DNA of 64,000 nucleotides from contig CBDCRK010000011.1 in NCBI GenBank assembly GCA_965220955.1, forward strand, positions 26,773 through 90,772, written 5' to 3'. Source of the DNA: an uncultured Candidatus Binatia bacterium (GTDB lineage: Bacteria > Desulfobacterota > Binatia > Bin18 > CBDCRK01). Of the stretch, positions 24,928 through 33,014 are shown piece after piece. How positions within the stretch are numbered: position 1 is the first letter of the stretch; every line of letters begins with the position of its first letter. Below the pieces are notes generated by a model, which was not told the origin of the DNA, made no database searches, and saw only the letters and a list, made by a program, of their open reading frames with translations. The position numbers and the translations under genes are program-made.

Positions 24928-26165
24928 CACCGCCACCAAACGCCGTATCGACACCGCCCGCGACATCCTTGTCGGCAAGGTGCCCGACCCCAAGAGCCAG
25001 GTCGAGCAGATCACCATCGCCCTGATCTACAAGTTCATGGACGACATTGACGCCGAGGCCGAAGAGCTGGGCGGCGAGCGCGCGTTCTTTGCTGGCGAGT
25101 TTGCCCGCTTTGGCTGGGCCAAGCTGATGCGCTCCGGCCTGGGCGGACACGAAACCCTGAACCTGTACGCCGAGGCTATTACCAGGATGCCGGAGAATCC
25201 CGGCATTGCGCCGCTGTTCCGTGACATCTTCAACAACGCCTATCTGCCGTATCGCGACCCCGAAACCCTGCGCGCCTTTCTCAAGATCATTGACGAGTTC
25301 ACCTACGATCACTCCGAACGCCTAGGGAGACGCCTTCGAATATCTCCTTTCTGTCCTCGGCTCGCAGGGCGACGCCGGGCAGTTCCGCACCCCGCGGCAC
25401 ATCATCGACTTTATTGTGGAAGTCATTGACCCGAAAAAGGACAACAGCGTGCTTGACCCGGCCTGCGGCACGGCCGGCTTCCTCATCTCGTCCTACAAGC
25501 ACATCCGCACGGCCAACACCGACGAGCACGGCCACAACACGCTCACGCCGGACGACCGGAGCCGCCTCGCCGCCAATTTCAAGGGTTACGATATCTCGCC
25601 CGACATGGTGCGCCTGTCGTTGGTGAACATGTATCTGCACGGTTTCGCCGCCCCGCACATCTACGAGTACGACACGCTCACCAGCGAGGACAAGTGGAAC
25701 GAGTACGCCGGCGTCATTCTGGCCAACCCGCCGTTCATGTCGCCCAAAGGCGGCATCCGGCCTCACAACCGCTTCTCCGTGCAGTCCAAACGCAGCGAGG
25801 TGCTATTCGTGGACTACATGGCCGAGCACCTGACGCCCAACGGTCGCGCTGGCATCATCGTACCCGAGGGCATCATCTTTCAGAGCCAGACCGCTTACAA
25901 GCAACTGCGCAAGATGTTGGTGGAGGAGTATCTTGTTGCCGTGGTGTCGCTGCCCGCAGGAGTGTTCCAGCCCTACTCCGGCGTCAAGACCTCGGTTTTG
26001 ATACTGGACAAGGCGCTAGCGAAGAAAACGGACTGCATCGCCTTTTTCAAGGTAGAGAACGACGGCTTCGACCTGGGCGCGCAACGCCGACCGATTGATA
26101 AGGACGACCTGCCGCAAGCCAGCGCCGAGATTGGTGAATACCTGCGCCGCCTGCGGGCAGGATCG
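24920..26165 (+). pseudogene. hsdM: Disrupted hsdM copy: about 96% nt identical to the 5' 1.25 kb of the intact hsdM-hsdS gene. Frameshift near 25324 and 3' truncation by a repeat element at about 26160
   Basis: Alignment by eye with 28143-29385. CGCCTAGGG versus CGCTTGGG gives a +1 frameshift. The reading frame ends in non-hsdM sequence after EYLRRLRAG. Confidence 0.7.
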
Positions 26166-26266
26166 GCGAATACCAGATTCGCCCCTACGCCCACTACGCA
26201 TTGTTGTGATAGGAAAGCGCAACCTTTCTCAAATTCTGATGTCCACTCAAGTGCAAACCGCTATAG
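26165..26266. repeat. About 100-bp repeat, copy 1 (GGCGAATACCAGATTCGCC ... GGAAAGCGCAACCTTTCTCAAATTCTGATGTCCACTCAAGTGCAAACCGCTATAG), replacing the 3' end of the hsdM copy
   Basis: Second copy at 34216-34310, about 90% identical. Shares the GGCGAAT-N5-ATTCGCC palindrome and the CCCCTAC motif with the 166-bp MITE, in opposite orientation. Confidence 0.5.
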
Positions 26267-26529
26267 TCAGAATTTTGTGATTACATCGCTAGAGCCGTAA
26301 CGGAGAGGCGACCTCAACCGGTTACAGCCCTCCTGCCAACCCTTTGGCCTGTTTGACGTTCTCAGGCGCGGGGGAATCCGGGACAATGGTGATATGGCTA
26401 CTCAAGTGCCTGAAAGAGTGTTGTTCAGCCAACATTCTGCTTGACCCATGATTACTGGAGGTGTATTCATCATTGATGTTTTAGAATCGTTATACTTGAC
26501 AACATTTTGGGAACAATTCATAGTTCGCT

Positions 26530-26823
26530 ATGCGGATCATCAGCAAGAAGAGGTTGCGGGAGTGTTGGGAGCGGCATGCGGACGCCGAGGAGCCGCTGCT
26601 TGCCTGGTATAGGGAGGTCGTGAAGGAGGAGTGGGAGACGCCGGTACAGATAAAGGAGAAATACCCGAATGCCCGCATTCTCGGTGACAGCCGGGTAGTC
26701 TTCAACATCAAGGGTAACCATTATCGGCTCGTGGCGAAAATCAACTATCCGGGACGCATTGTCTATGTCCGCTTTGTGGGAACACATGCCGAATATGACC
26801 TCGTGAATGTTCTGGAGGTGTAA
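26530..26823 (+). CDS. higB: HigB-family type II toxin (RelE/ParE superfamily mRNA interferase)
   Basis: NHYRLVAKINYPGRIVYVRFVGTHAEYD matches the HigB toxin pattern. The toxin gene precedes the HTH antitoxin, as in HigBA. Confidence 0.7.
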   Translation: MRIISKKRLRECWERHADAEEPLLAWYREVVKEEWETPVQIKEKYPNARILGDSRVVFNIKGNHYRLVAKINYPGRIVYVRFVGTHAEYDLVNVLEV

Positions 26824-26824
26824 G

Positions 26825-27418
26825 ATGGCCACTGGAAAGATCAAGCCGGTCCGGACCAAGCAGGATTATGAGGACGCGCTGGCTCGGATCGACGCATTAA
26901 TGGATGCGACGCCCGGCAGCCCGGAGTTCGATGAGCTCGACATCCTCGTCGATCTGGTTGAACTCTATGAGAGCAAGCACGAGCCGATGGGCTATCCGAG
27001 TCCGCTCGCCGCGATCGAGTTCCGCATGGAGCAGGGCAATTTGCGACCGCGTGACCTTATCCCCTTCATCGGGAGCCGGGCAAAGGTGTCCGAGGTGCTC
27101 TCCGGCAAGCGTGCCCTCACCATGCCGATGGCACGGGCGCTCCATAAGCATCTGGGTATTCCGGCGGATGTATTGCTGCGCGATCCGGATGTAGACCTGG
27201 ACGATTCGCTTGCCGACATCAATTGGAGTCGGTTTCCTGTCAAGGACATGGCGAAGCTGAGCTGGATTCGAGATGGTCTCAACCTGGCGGAGCACGCCGA
27301 GGCGATTATGCGCGATTTGATTGACCGGGCGGGGGGGGCCGGATGTCGCCTGTGCTGCCCTCTACCGGAAGAACGATCATATGCGTGCAAACGCCAAGGT
27401 GGACGCTTATGCCCTTAA
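26825..27418 (+). CDS. higA: HigA-like XRE-family HTH antitoxin. Probably the N-terminal part of a frameshifted HTH + ImmA/IrrE fusion
   Basis: HTH VSEVLSGKRALTMPMARALHKHLGIPADVLL. Overlaps the start of higB by 17 nt. The frame is lost at the G8 tract 27331-27338. Confidence 0.65.
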   Translation: MATGKIKPVRTKQDYEDALARIDALMDATPGSPEFDELDILVDLVELYESKHEPMGYPSPLAAIEFRMEQGNLRPRDLIPFIGSRAKVSEVLSGKRALTMPMARALHKHLGIPADVLLRDPDVDLDDSLADINWSRFPVKDMAKLSWIRDGLNLAEHAEAIMRDLIDRAGGAGCRLCCPLPEERSYACKRQGGRLCP

Positions 27419-28052
27419 GGCGTGGTGCTGGCAGGTTCTAGCGACGGGGAACGAGAACTCGCCAAAGACAGAGTACATACCTGGCACCGTGATGCCGCAC
27501 TTTCTCAGGGAGGTTGCGCAGTTGAGTTCGTTCGAAGACGGTCCGCGACTGGCCAGGGAGGTGCTGGCAAAACATGGCATCGCGCTAGTGAGCGTGCCGC
27601 ATCTGCCGAGGACCTACCTCGACGGAGCGGCGCTCCGGCTCAGGGATGGGCGGCCAGTGGTCGGGTTGACCCTGCGCTACGACCGGATCGACAATTTCTG
27701 GTTCTGCCTGTTGCACGAACTGGCACACGTGGGTCGCCACCTGGACAACAACCAGGGCAATGCCTTTGTCGATGACCAGACGTTACGTGGGGTGGAAGGC
27801 AGGCGGGAAGACCCGAGAGAGGTGCAGGCCGACGAATGGGCGACCGAGGCCCTCGTTCCTAGGGCGGCTTGGGAAGCGAGCGCGGCACGGGAGCGTCCGA
27901 CACCCATGGCGGTCATGAATCTGGCCCATGCACTGCAGGTCCATCCGGCGATCATCGCCGGCAAGATTCGATATGAGCACCAGAACTATCGGCTGCTGTC
28001 GCAGTTTGTGGGCACCGGCGAGGTCCGGCGGCAGCTTGGCATAATGGTGTGA
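27321..28052 (+). CDS. ImmA/IrrE-family (COG2856/DUF955) Zn metallopeptidase domain. TTG-initiated as drawn; more likely the C-terminal part of the HigA-like protein
   Basis: HEXXH motif LLHELAHVGRH. Joining to the upstream ORF needs a single G deletion in the G8 run. Confidence 0.65.
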   Translation: MTGRGGPDVACAALYRKNDHMRANAKVDAYALKAWCWQVLATGNENSPKTEYIPGTVMPHFLREVAQLSSFEDGPRLAREVLAKHGIALVSVPHLPRTYLDGAALRLRDGRPVVGLTLRYDRIDNFWFCLLHELAHVGRHLDNNQGNAFVDDQTLRGVEGRREDPREVQADEWATEALVPRAAWEASAARERPTPMAVMNLAHALQVHPAIIAGKIRYEHQNYRLLSQFVGTGEVRRQLGIMV

Positions 28053-28085
28053 GGTTGAGGTAAACGTGTCGATTACAGGCTCCGG

Positions 28086-28137
28086 TTAATCCTACAAATC
28101 CCAAAAATCACTTAATCCTACAAATCCCAAAAATCAC
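28086..28137. repeat. 26-bp tandem duplication (TTAATCCTACAAATCCCAAAAATCAC x2) immediately upstream of hsdM-hsdS
   Basis: Seen directly. The upstream hsdM copy carries a single copy of the AATCCAAAAATCAC-like unit. Confidence 0.6.
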
Positions 28138-28142
28138 AGTAT

Positions 28143-30614
28143 ATGCTTGACACCGCTACCAAACGCCGCATCGACACCGCCCGCGACATCCTCGTGGGCA
28201 AAGTCCCCGACCCCAAGAGCCAGGTCGAGCAGATCACCATTGCGCTGATCTACAAGTTCATGGACGACATTGACGCCGAGGCCGAAGAGCTGGGCGGCGA
28301 GCGCGCGTTCTTTGCTGGCGAGTTTGCCCGCTACGGTTGGGCCAAGCTGATGCGCTCCGGCCTGGGCGGACACGAAACCCTGAACCTGTACGCCGAGGCT
28401 ATTACCAGGATGCCGGAGAATCCCGGCATTGCGCCGCTGTTCCGTGACATCTTCAACAACGCCTATCTGCCCTACCGCGACCCCGAGACCCTACGCGCCT
28501 TTCTCAAGGTCATTGACGAGTTCACCTACGATCACTCCGAACGCTTGGGAGACGCCTTCGAATATCTCCTTTCTGTCCTCGGCTCGCAGGGTGACGCCGG
28601 GCAGTTCCGCACCCCGCGGCACATCATCGACTTTATTGTGGAAGTCATTGATCCGAAAAAGGACGATACCGTGCTTGACCCAGCTTGTGGCACCAGCGGG
28701 TTCCTGATCTCGTCCTACAAGCACATCCGCACGGCCAACACCGGCGGACACGGCCATGACACGCTGACGCCGGACGAGCGGGGCCGACTCGCCGCCAACT
28801 TCGAGGGCTACGACATCTCGCCCGACATGGTGCGCCTGTCGCTGGTGAACATGTATCTGCACGGCTTTGCCGCCCCGCACATCTACGAGTACGACACGCT
28901 CACCAGCGAGGACAAGTGGAACGAGTACGCCGATGTGATCCTGGCCAACCCGCCGTTCATGTCACCCAAAGGCGGTATCCGGCCCCACAACCGCTTCTCC
29001 GTGCAGTCCAAACGCAGCGAGGTACTATTCGTTGATTACATGGCCGAGCACCTGACGCCCACGGGCCGCGCCGGCATCATCGTACCCGAAGGCATCATCT
29101 TTCAGAGCCAGAACGCCTACAAGCAGCTGCGCAAAATGCTGGTCGAGGAGTTTCTTGTTGCCGTGGTCTCGCTGCCCGCAGGAGTGTTCCAGCCCTACTC
29201 CGGGGTCAAGACCTCGATTCTGATTCTCGACAAATCGCTGGCAAAGAAGACCAACCGTATCGCCTTCTTCAAGGTCGAACACGACGGCTACGACCTGGGC
29301 GCCCAGCGCCGGGCGATTGACAAAAACGACCTGCCGCAGGTACAAGCGGGACTCGCTGAATATCTGCGTCGGGTGCGGGCGGGCGAAGCACTAGGCGACT
29401 TCGAGCCGACGTATGGGCTCATCGTCGAGAAGGGGAAATTAGCCGCGAACGAGGAATACAACCTCAGCGGGGAGCGGTACAAGGAACGAGAAACCCAATA
29501 TCTCACAATCGACCCCAAATGGCCGATGGTGGCGTTGGGGGAGGTCATTCAAGATAAGCCGAGGAACGGATACTCTGGAAAACCTGTTCCCTATCCAACT
29601 GACCTAAAAGTTCTTTCGCTGAGTGCCACAACGTCAGGAACGCTGGACATCTCTCAGCACAAGTATCTCGACGAGAATATCTCTCTTGACTCACCGTGCC
29701 GATGCCGGCGGGGTGACATTTATCTTCAGCGTGGCAATACCAAAGAGTTGGTTGGCACCGCTGCGCTCTTCGACGTTGATGAATCAAACCTTGTTTATCC
29801 AGACCTCATGATTCGTGTGCGGGCGGATGAAGGGAAGATTACGAGTCAATTTCTCCTATGTGTTCTTCAGAGCGATTCCGTTCGAGAATACCTGACTCGG
29901 AACGCGGTCGGGTCGGCCGGAAGCATGCCGAAGATCAACCAAAAGATCGTTGAGCAGATTCCAATACCCCTCCCACCGCTGGAAGTGCAGCGGGAAATCG
30001 TGGCGGAGATAGAGGGCTACCAGAAGGTGATAGACGGCGCTCGGGCGGTGGTCGAAAATTATAGGCCGCATATCCCCATTGATCCCGCTTGGCCGCTGGT
30101 AGCGTTGGGGGAGGTGCTGACTCTGCAAAGGGGACACGACCTTCCAAAGAAAAATTTTGTTGAGGGCAAATATCCTGTTGTTGGTTCAAACGGTATTATT
30201 GGATACCACAATGAATTTAAGTATTCTGGTCCAGGCGTGGTTACTGGGAGAAGTGGAACAATTGGTAAAGTTTGTTTCATTAAAGAAAATTACTGGCCTC
30301 ATAATACCTCCCTATTTGTTAAGGATTTCAAAGGTAACAGCAAAAAATATATTTTCTTTTTACTTGAATCACTAGATTTAAGAAGCTTGGGAGAAAGAAC
30401 CTCCGCCGTTCCTTCACTTGATAGAAATAATGCGCATAGGCTAAATGTATATTTACCACCACTCGAAACCCAAACCCAAATTGTAGTCGAAATCGAGGCC
30501 GAGCAGTCCCTCGTCAGTGCCAACCGTGAACTGATCGAGCGTTTCGAGAAGAAGATTCAGGCTGCTATCTCCCGCATCTGGGGTGAAGATACGACAGGCT
30601 CTCCAGAAGCATAG
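28143..30614 (+). CDS. hsdM: Fused Type I R-M methyltransferase-specificity protein: HsdM N6-adenine MTase followed by two HsdS target-recognition domains
   Basis: HsdM_N domain, FRTPRHII, catalytic NPPF (LANPPFMSPKGG). C-terminal half has two TRDs, each followed by the conserved LPPLEVQ / LPPLETQ helical spacer. Confidence 0.85.
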   Translation: MLDTATKRRIDTARDILVGKVPDPKSQVEQITIALIYKFMDDIDAEAEELGGERAFFAGEFARYGWAKLMRSGLGGHETLNLYAEAITRMPENPGIAPLFRDIFNNAYLPYRDPETLRAFLKVIDEFTYDHSERLGDAFEYLLSVLGSQGDAGQFRTPRHIIDFIVEVIDPKKDDTVLDPACGTSGFLISSYKHIRTANTGGHGHDTLTPDERGRLAANFEGYDISPDMVRLSLVNMYLHGFAAPHIYEYDTLTSEDKWNEYADVILANPPFMSPKGGIRPHNRFSVQSKRSEVLFVDYMAEHLTPTGRAGIIVPEGIIFQSQNAYKQLRKMLVEEFLVAVVSLPAGVFQPYSGVKTSILILDKSLAKKTNRIAFFKVEHDGYDLGAQRRAIDKNDLPQVQAGLAEYLRRVRAGEALGDFEPTYGLIVEKGKLAANEEYNLSGERYKERETQYLTIDPKWPMVALGEVIQDKPRNGYSGKPVPYPTDLKVLSLSATTSGTLDISQHKYLDENISLDSPCRCRRGDIYLQRGNTKELVGTAALFDVDESNLVYPDLMIRVRADEGKITSQFLLCVLQSDSVREYLTRNAVGSAGSMPKINQKIVEQIPIPLPPLEVQREIVAEIEGYQKVIDGARAVVENYRPHIPIDPAWPLVALGEVLTLQRGHDLPKKNFVEGKYPVVGSNGIIGYHNEFKYSGPGVVTGRSGTIGKVCFIKENYWPHNTSLFVKDFKGNSKKYIFFLLESLDLRSLGERTSAVPSLDRNNAHRLNVYLPPLETQTQIVVEIEAEQSLVSANRELIERFEKKIQAAISRIWGEDTTGSPEA

Positions 30615-30675
30615 GACTTAACGGGAGCAATTGAATCTGGAACACCCAGCGTTCAACTGGTAAGGAGGACAAGAA

Positions 30676-31728
30676 ATGATTTTAGTTTTTGTAGGTGCGG
30701 GAGGCTCAGCCGCTGTTGATCCAGATCAGTATCCGACCACTGTCGAGTTCTTCAAGCGTCTTCCCAAGGAAATAACACAGCAACCCCTTTTCACCCTCGT
30801 CCGTGAATTCCTAATGACGCAGAAGGAGGATGGACAGCCTATCGATATTGAAGAAGTCCTGTGGAGCCTTGATAAACTTCAAGAGTATTTCTCGTTGTCC
30901 CGCGCTACCCATACTATAGAGGGATGGATCATGGCGAAGAATCGTCTTAACCAATTGGATGGCAACGCGCTTCCTGGAGGGAGTAACCCGCTTTTGGGAG
31001 GGATAGACAACATCAGCGTTAATCACTTAACACCGCTACGAGATAGCATCAATGCCAAGGTACATGAATTCTATGTGAAGCGTCCCGACGAGAACAAGTT
31101 GTCGGATTGGGTTAACCTCCTCCGGCATATCGAAGGGCTTGACCCGGTTATTGAGATTTTCACAACGAACTATGATCTGGTGCTGGAAACAGCCGTGAAT
31201 AGAGCCAAAATAAGGACGACAACAGGTCGAGAGTTCGATGGTTTGCATACGTTTTTGAATACCGCCCTCTGGGATGAACCCAGCGGACCCCCTAAGTATC
31301 ACGGACGGCTGACCAAACTACACGGGTCCATGGACTGGCAACGCAGAGGCAATACAATTCTTTGTAGCGACCTTTATACCGGAAACCCCCAACAACACTC
31401 AATCTTGTATCCAGGATTCAAAGGAGAGCCCAACGAGGAGCCCTTCATCAAATTCCATGAACATCTACGAGCTGTGGTACGCGAAGCAGGGGCAGCGTTT
31501 TTTATCGGTTTTGCCTTTCGCGACGACTATATTAACACAATCCTCTCTGGGCTCCGTCCGAAGACTCCCAAATACGTCATTGACAAAGAAGACTCACCTC
31601 CCGCTCTTGCTTTCCTAGATGGATGCAAGCATTTCAGCAATGGGCTTACGGTAGGGGCGATCCAGGACTGCATAAAAAGCCTAGCTGCCGTCATTTTTCA
31701 GGAGTTGAAACAACATTTAAAACCGTAG
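30676..31728 (+). CDS. SIR2-like (SIR2_2, PF13289-type) standalone 350-aa protein, a candidate NAD+-consuming defense effector
   Basis: N-terminal Rossmann GxG (ILVFVGAGGSAAVD), FTTNYDLVLE, KLHGSMDW and C-terminal FIGFAFRDDYIN motifs typical of the defense-associated SIR2_2 family. Stop is followed by hairpin 31729-31754. Confidence 0.7.
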   Translation: MILVFVGAGGSAAVDPDQYPTTVEFFKRLPKEITQQPLFTLVREFLMTQKEDGQPIDIEEVLWSLDKLQEYFSLSRATHTIEGWIMAKNRLNQLDGNALPGGSNPLLGGIDNISVNHLTPLRDSINAKVHEFYVKRPDENKLSDWVNLLRHIEGLDPVIEIFTTNYDLVLETAVNRAKIRTTTGREFDGLHTFLNTALWDEPSGPPKYHGRLTKLHGSMDWQRRGNTILCSDLYTGNPQQHSILYPGFKGEPNEEPFIKFHEHLRAVVREAGAAFFIGFAFRDDYINTILSGLRPKTPKYVIDKEDSPPALAFLDGCKHFSNGLTVGAIQDCIKSLAAVIFQELKQHLKP

Positions 31729-31754
31729 GTCGGGTTAGCGGAGCGTAACCCGAC
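31729..31754 (+). terminator. Stem-loop (GTCGGGTTA-GCGGAGCG-TAACCCGAC) immediately after the SIR2 stop; no U-tract
   Basis: 9-bp perfect stem seen in sequence. Confidence 0.3.
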
Positions 31755-31878
31755 AGCCGCCTCCTTCACCGTATGGAATGCGGCCGGTAGGTTCCGTGGT
31801 CGATAATGGGCATTGTTGGATATGGATTTTTTATTTACACTGTATCCAGTTCCAATTCTAGTCAAGGAGGTTTGGACC

Positions 31879-32082
31879 ATGGCCAGAGACACTTACAAAT
31901 ATCACTTCAAAAAGGGCAACAAGATTGTTCATACGGGCATAACCAACGATCTCGAATGGCGCGAGCAAGAGCACAAAGAGGCCTTTGGGGAAAGCGGCCA
32001 CATCAAGAAAGGTAGGTTACGTGACGACTCTCGACGCCGCCCGGAAATGGGAAAGCGAACAAGCAAAAAAGGGAAAGCCTAG
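31879..32082 (+). CDS. Short protein with a GIY-YIG-like N-terminal motif (YhbQ/UPF0213-like)
   Basis: YKYHF..GNKIVHTGITNDLEWREQEH resembles the GIY...YIG...R..EH core. Only 68 aa, so the C-terminal catalytic Glu region looks truncated. Confidence 0.3.
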   Translation: MARDTYKYHFKKGNKIVHTGITNDLEWREQEHKEAFGESGHIKKGRLRDDSRRRPEMGKRTSKKGKA

Positions 32083-32194
32083 CAGAAGGGGTTGATAAAG
32101 AATTAGTCAATATACATGCCTGACCCCTAAGTCTCTACAATCGGGAAACCGAATCGGCAGTCCTGATCACGACATATCGGCCCGACCCTGCACG

Positions 32195-32470
32195 GTGGGT
32201 CAACTGGCGTACAAGGAGGCAGAGATGATTCCATTCAATAAGTGCCCGGTGTGTAGTGGAGAAGTCGTTGCGAAGCAGACCGAAAAGCTCCTCCGTGGGG
32301 GTGTTAATTTCGCTACGGTGACCGTCCCTGCGGAAGTCTGTCTGCGCTGTGGAGAGCATCTGTACTCTCCCGAGACGATTCGTCTGTTCGAGCAAGTCCG
32401 CCGAAAGCTCAGCGCTCAAGACGTGGAAGGATTTGAACCCTTGGGAAGATCGTTCCGCATTCCGAACTAG
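32195..32470 (+). CDS. YgiT-type zinc-ribbon protein (MqsA-antitoxin-like N-domain), standalone
   Basis: CPVCSGE ... VCLRCGEHLYSPE paired CxxC motifs. Preceded by an AGGAGG RBS. Confidence 0.5.
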   Translation: MGQLAYKEAEMIPFNKCPVCSGEVVAKQTEKLLRGGVNFATVTVPAEVCLRCGEHLYSPETIRLFEQVRRKLSAQDVEGFEPLGRSFRIPN

Positions 32471-32479
32471 GGGTGGCGG

Positions 32480-32767
32480 GTGAAGAGGCTAAAGCGGAGA
32501 CGGAGGAGGCTAAAAGTTAGAGACGCGATAAAGCCCATGAGGAGAATCGCTGTGAAATACGCTATCCTCATCGAAAGAACCGACAACGGCTACTCCGCTT
32601 ATGCGCCCGATTTACCCGGTTGCATAGCCGCCGCAGACACAAAAATCGAAGTGGAAGAACTGATCCGCGAAGCTCTCAGCCTACATCTCGAATCACTCCG
32701 CGAACACGGCGACCCAATCCCCGAACCGCAAACTACCGCCACCCTGATTGAGGTCCCACCCGTTTAA
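32480..32767 (+). CDS. HicB-like antitoxin N-domain (UPF0150/DUF1902-like). Start probably at MRRIAVKYA (about 32537)
   Basis: KYAILIERTDNGYSAYAPDLPGCIAAADTKIEVEELIREALSLHLESLREHGDPIPEP matches the HicB N-terminal RNase-H-like fold pattern. No HicA partner found. Confidence 0.5.
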   Translation: MKRLKRRRRRLKVRDAIKPMRRIAVKYAILIERTDNGYSAYAPDLPGCIAAADTKIEVEELIREALSLHLESLREHGDPIPEPQTTATLIEVPPV

Positions 32768-32855
32768 GCGTTGCCGCCCAAAGTCCCAACTTTCATCCAC
32801 CACCGCCAGCAACCCGGCTAGGCCTCGTCACCAAAATCGGATCGACCCCGCCCGG

Positions 32856-32930
32856 GTCAATGCCAACCGCAAATTGATCGAGGGCTTCGAGAAGAAGATT
32901 CAGGATGTCATTGTTCCTAGCAGGGGATAA
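32856..32930 (+). pseudogene. hsdS: Orphan duplicate of the hsdS 3' terminus (encodes ANRKLIEGFEKKIQDVI). No TRD upstream
   Basis: About 80% nt identity to 30520-30580, the end of hsdM-hsdS (ANRELIERFEKKIQAAIS). Confidence 0.5.
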
Positions 32931-33014
32931 ATGCGTAAACGTCCCCGTCAAGTAGACGGGGTAAAACTAGAGCTTCCGGGACTTGTTCACGGAACGAGCG
33001 TAACCTACCTCCCC

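Noticed and set aside
24451-25017. 188-aa minus-strand ORF
   Set aside because: Antisense to the GxxExxY and hsdM coding sequence.
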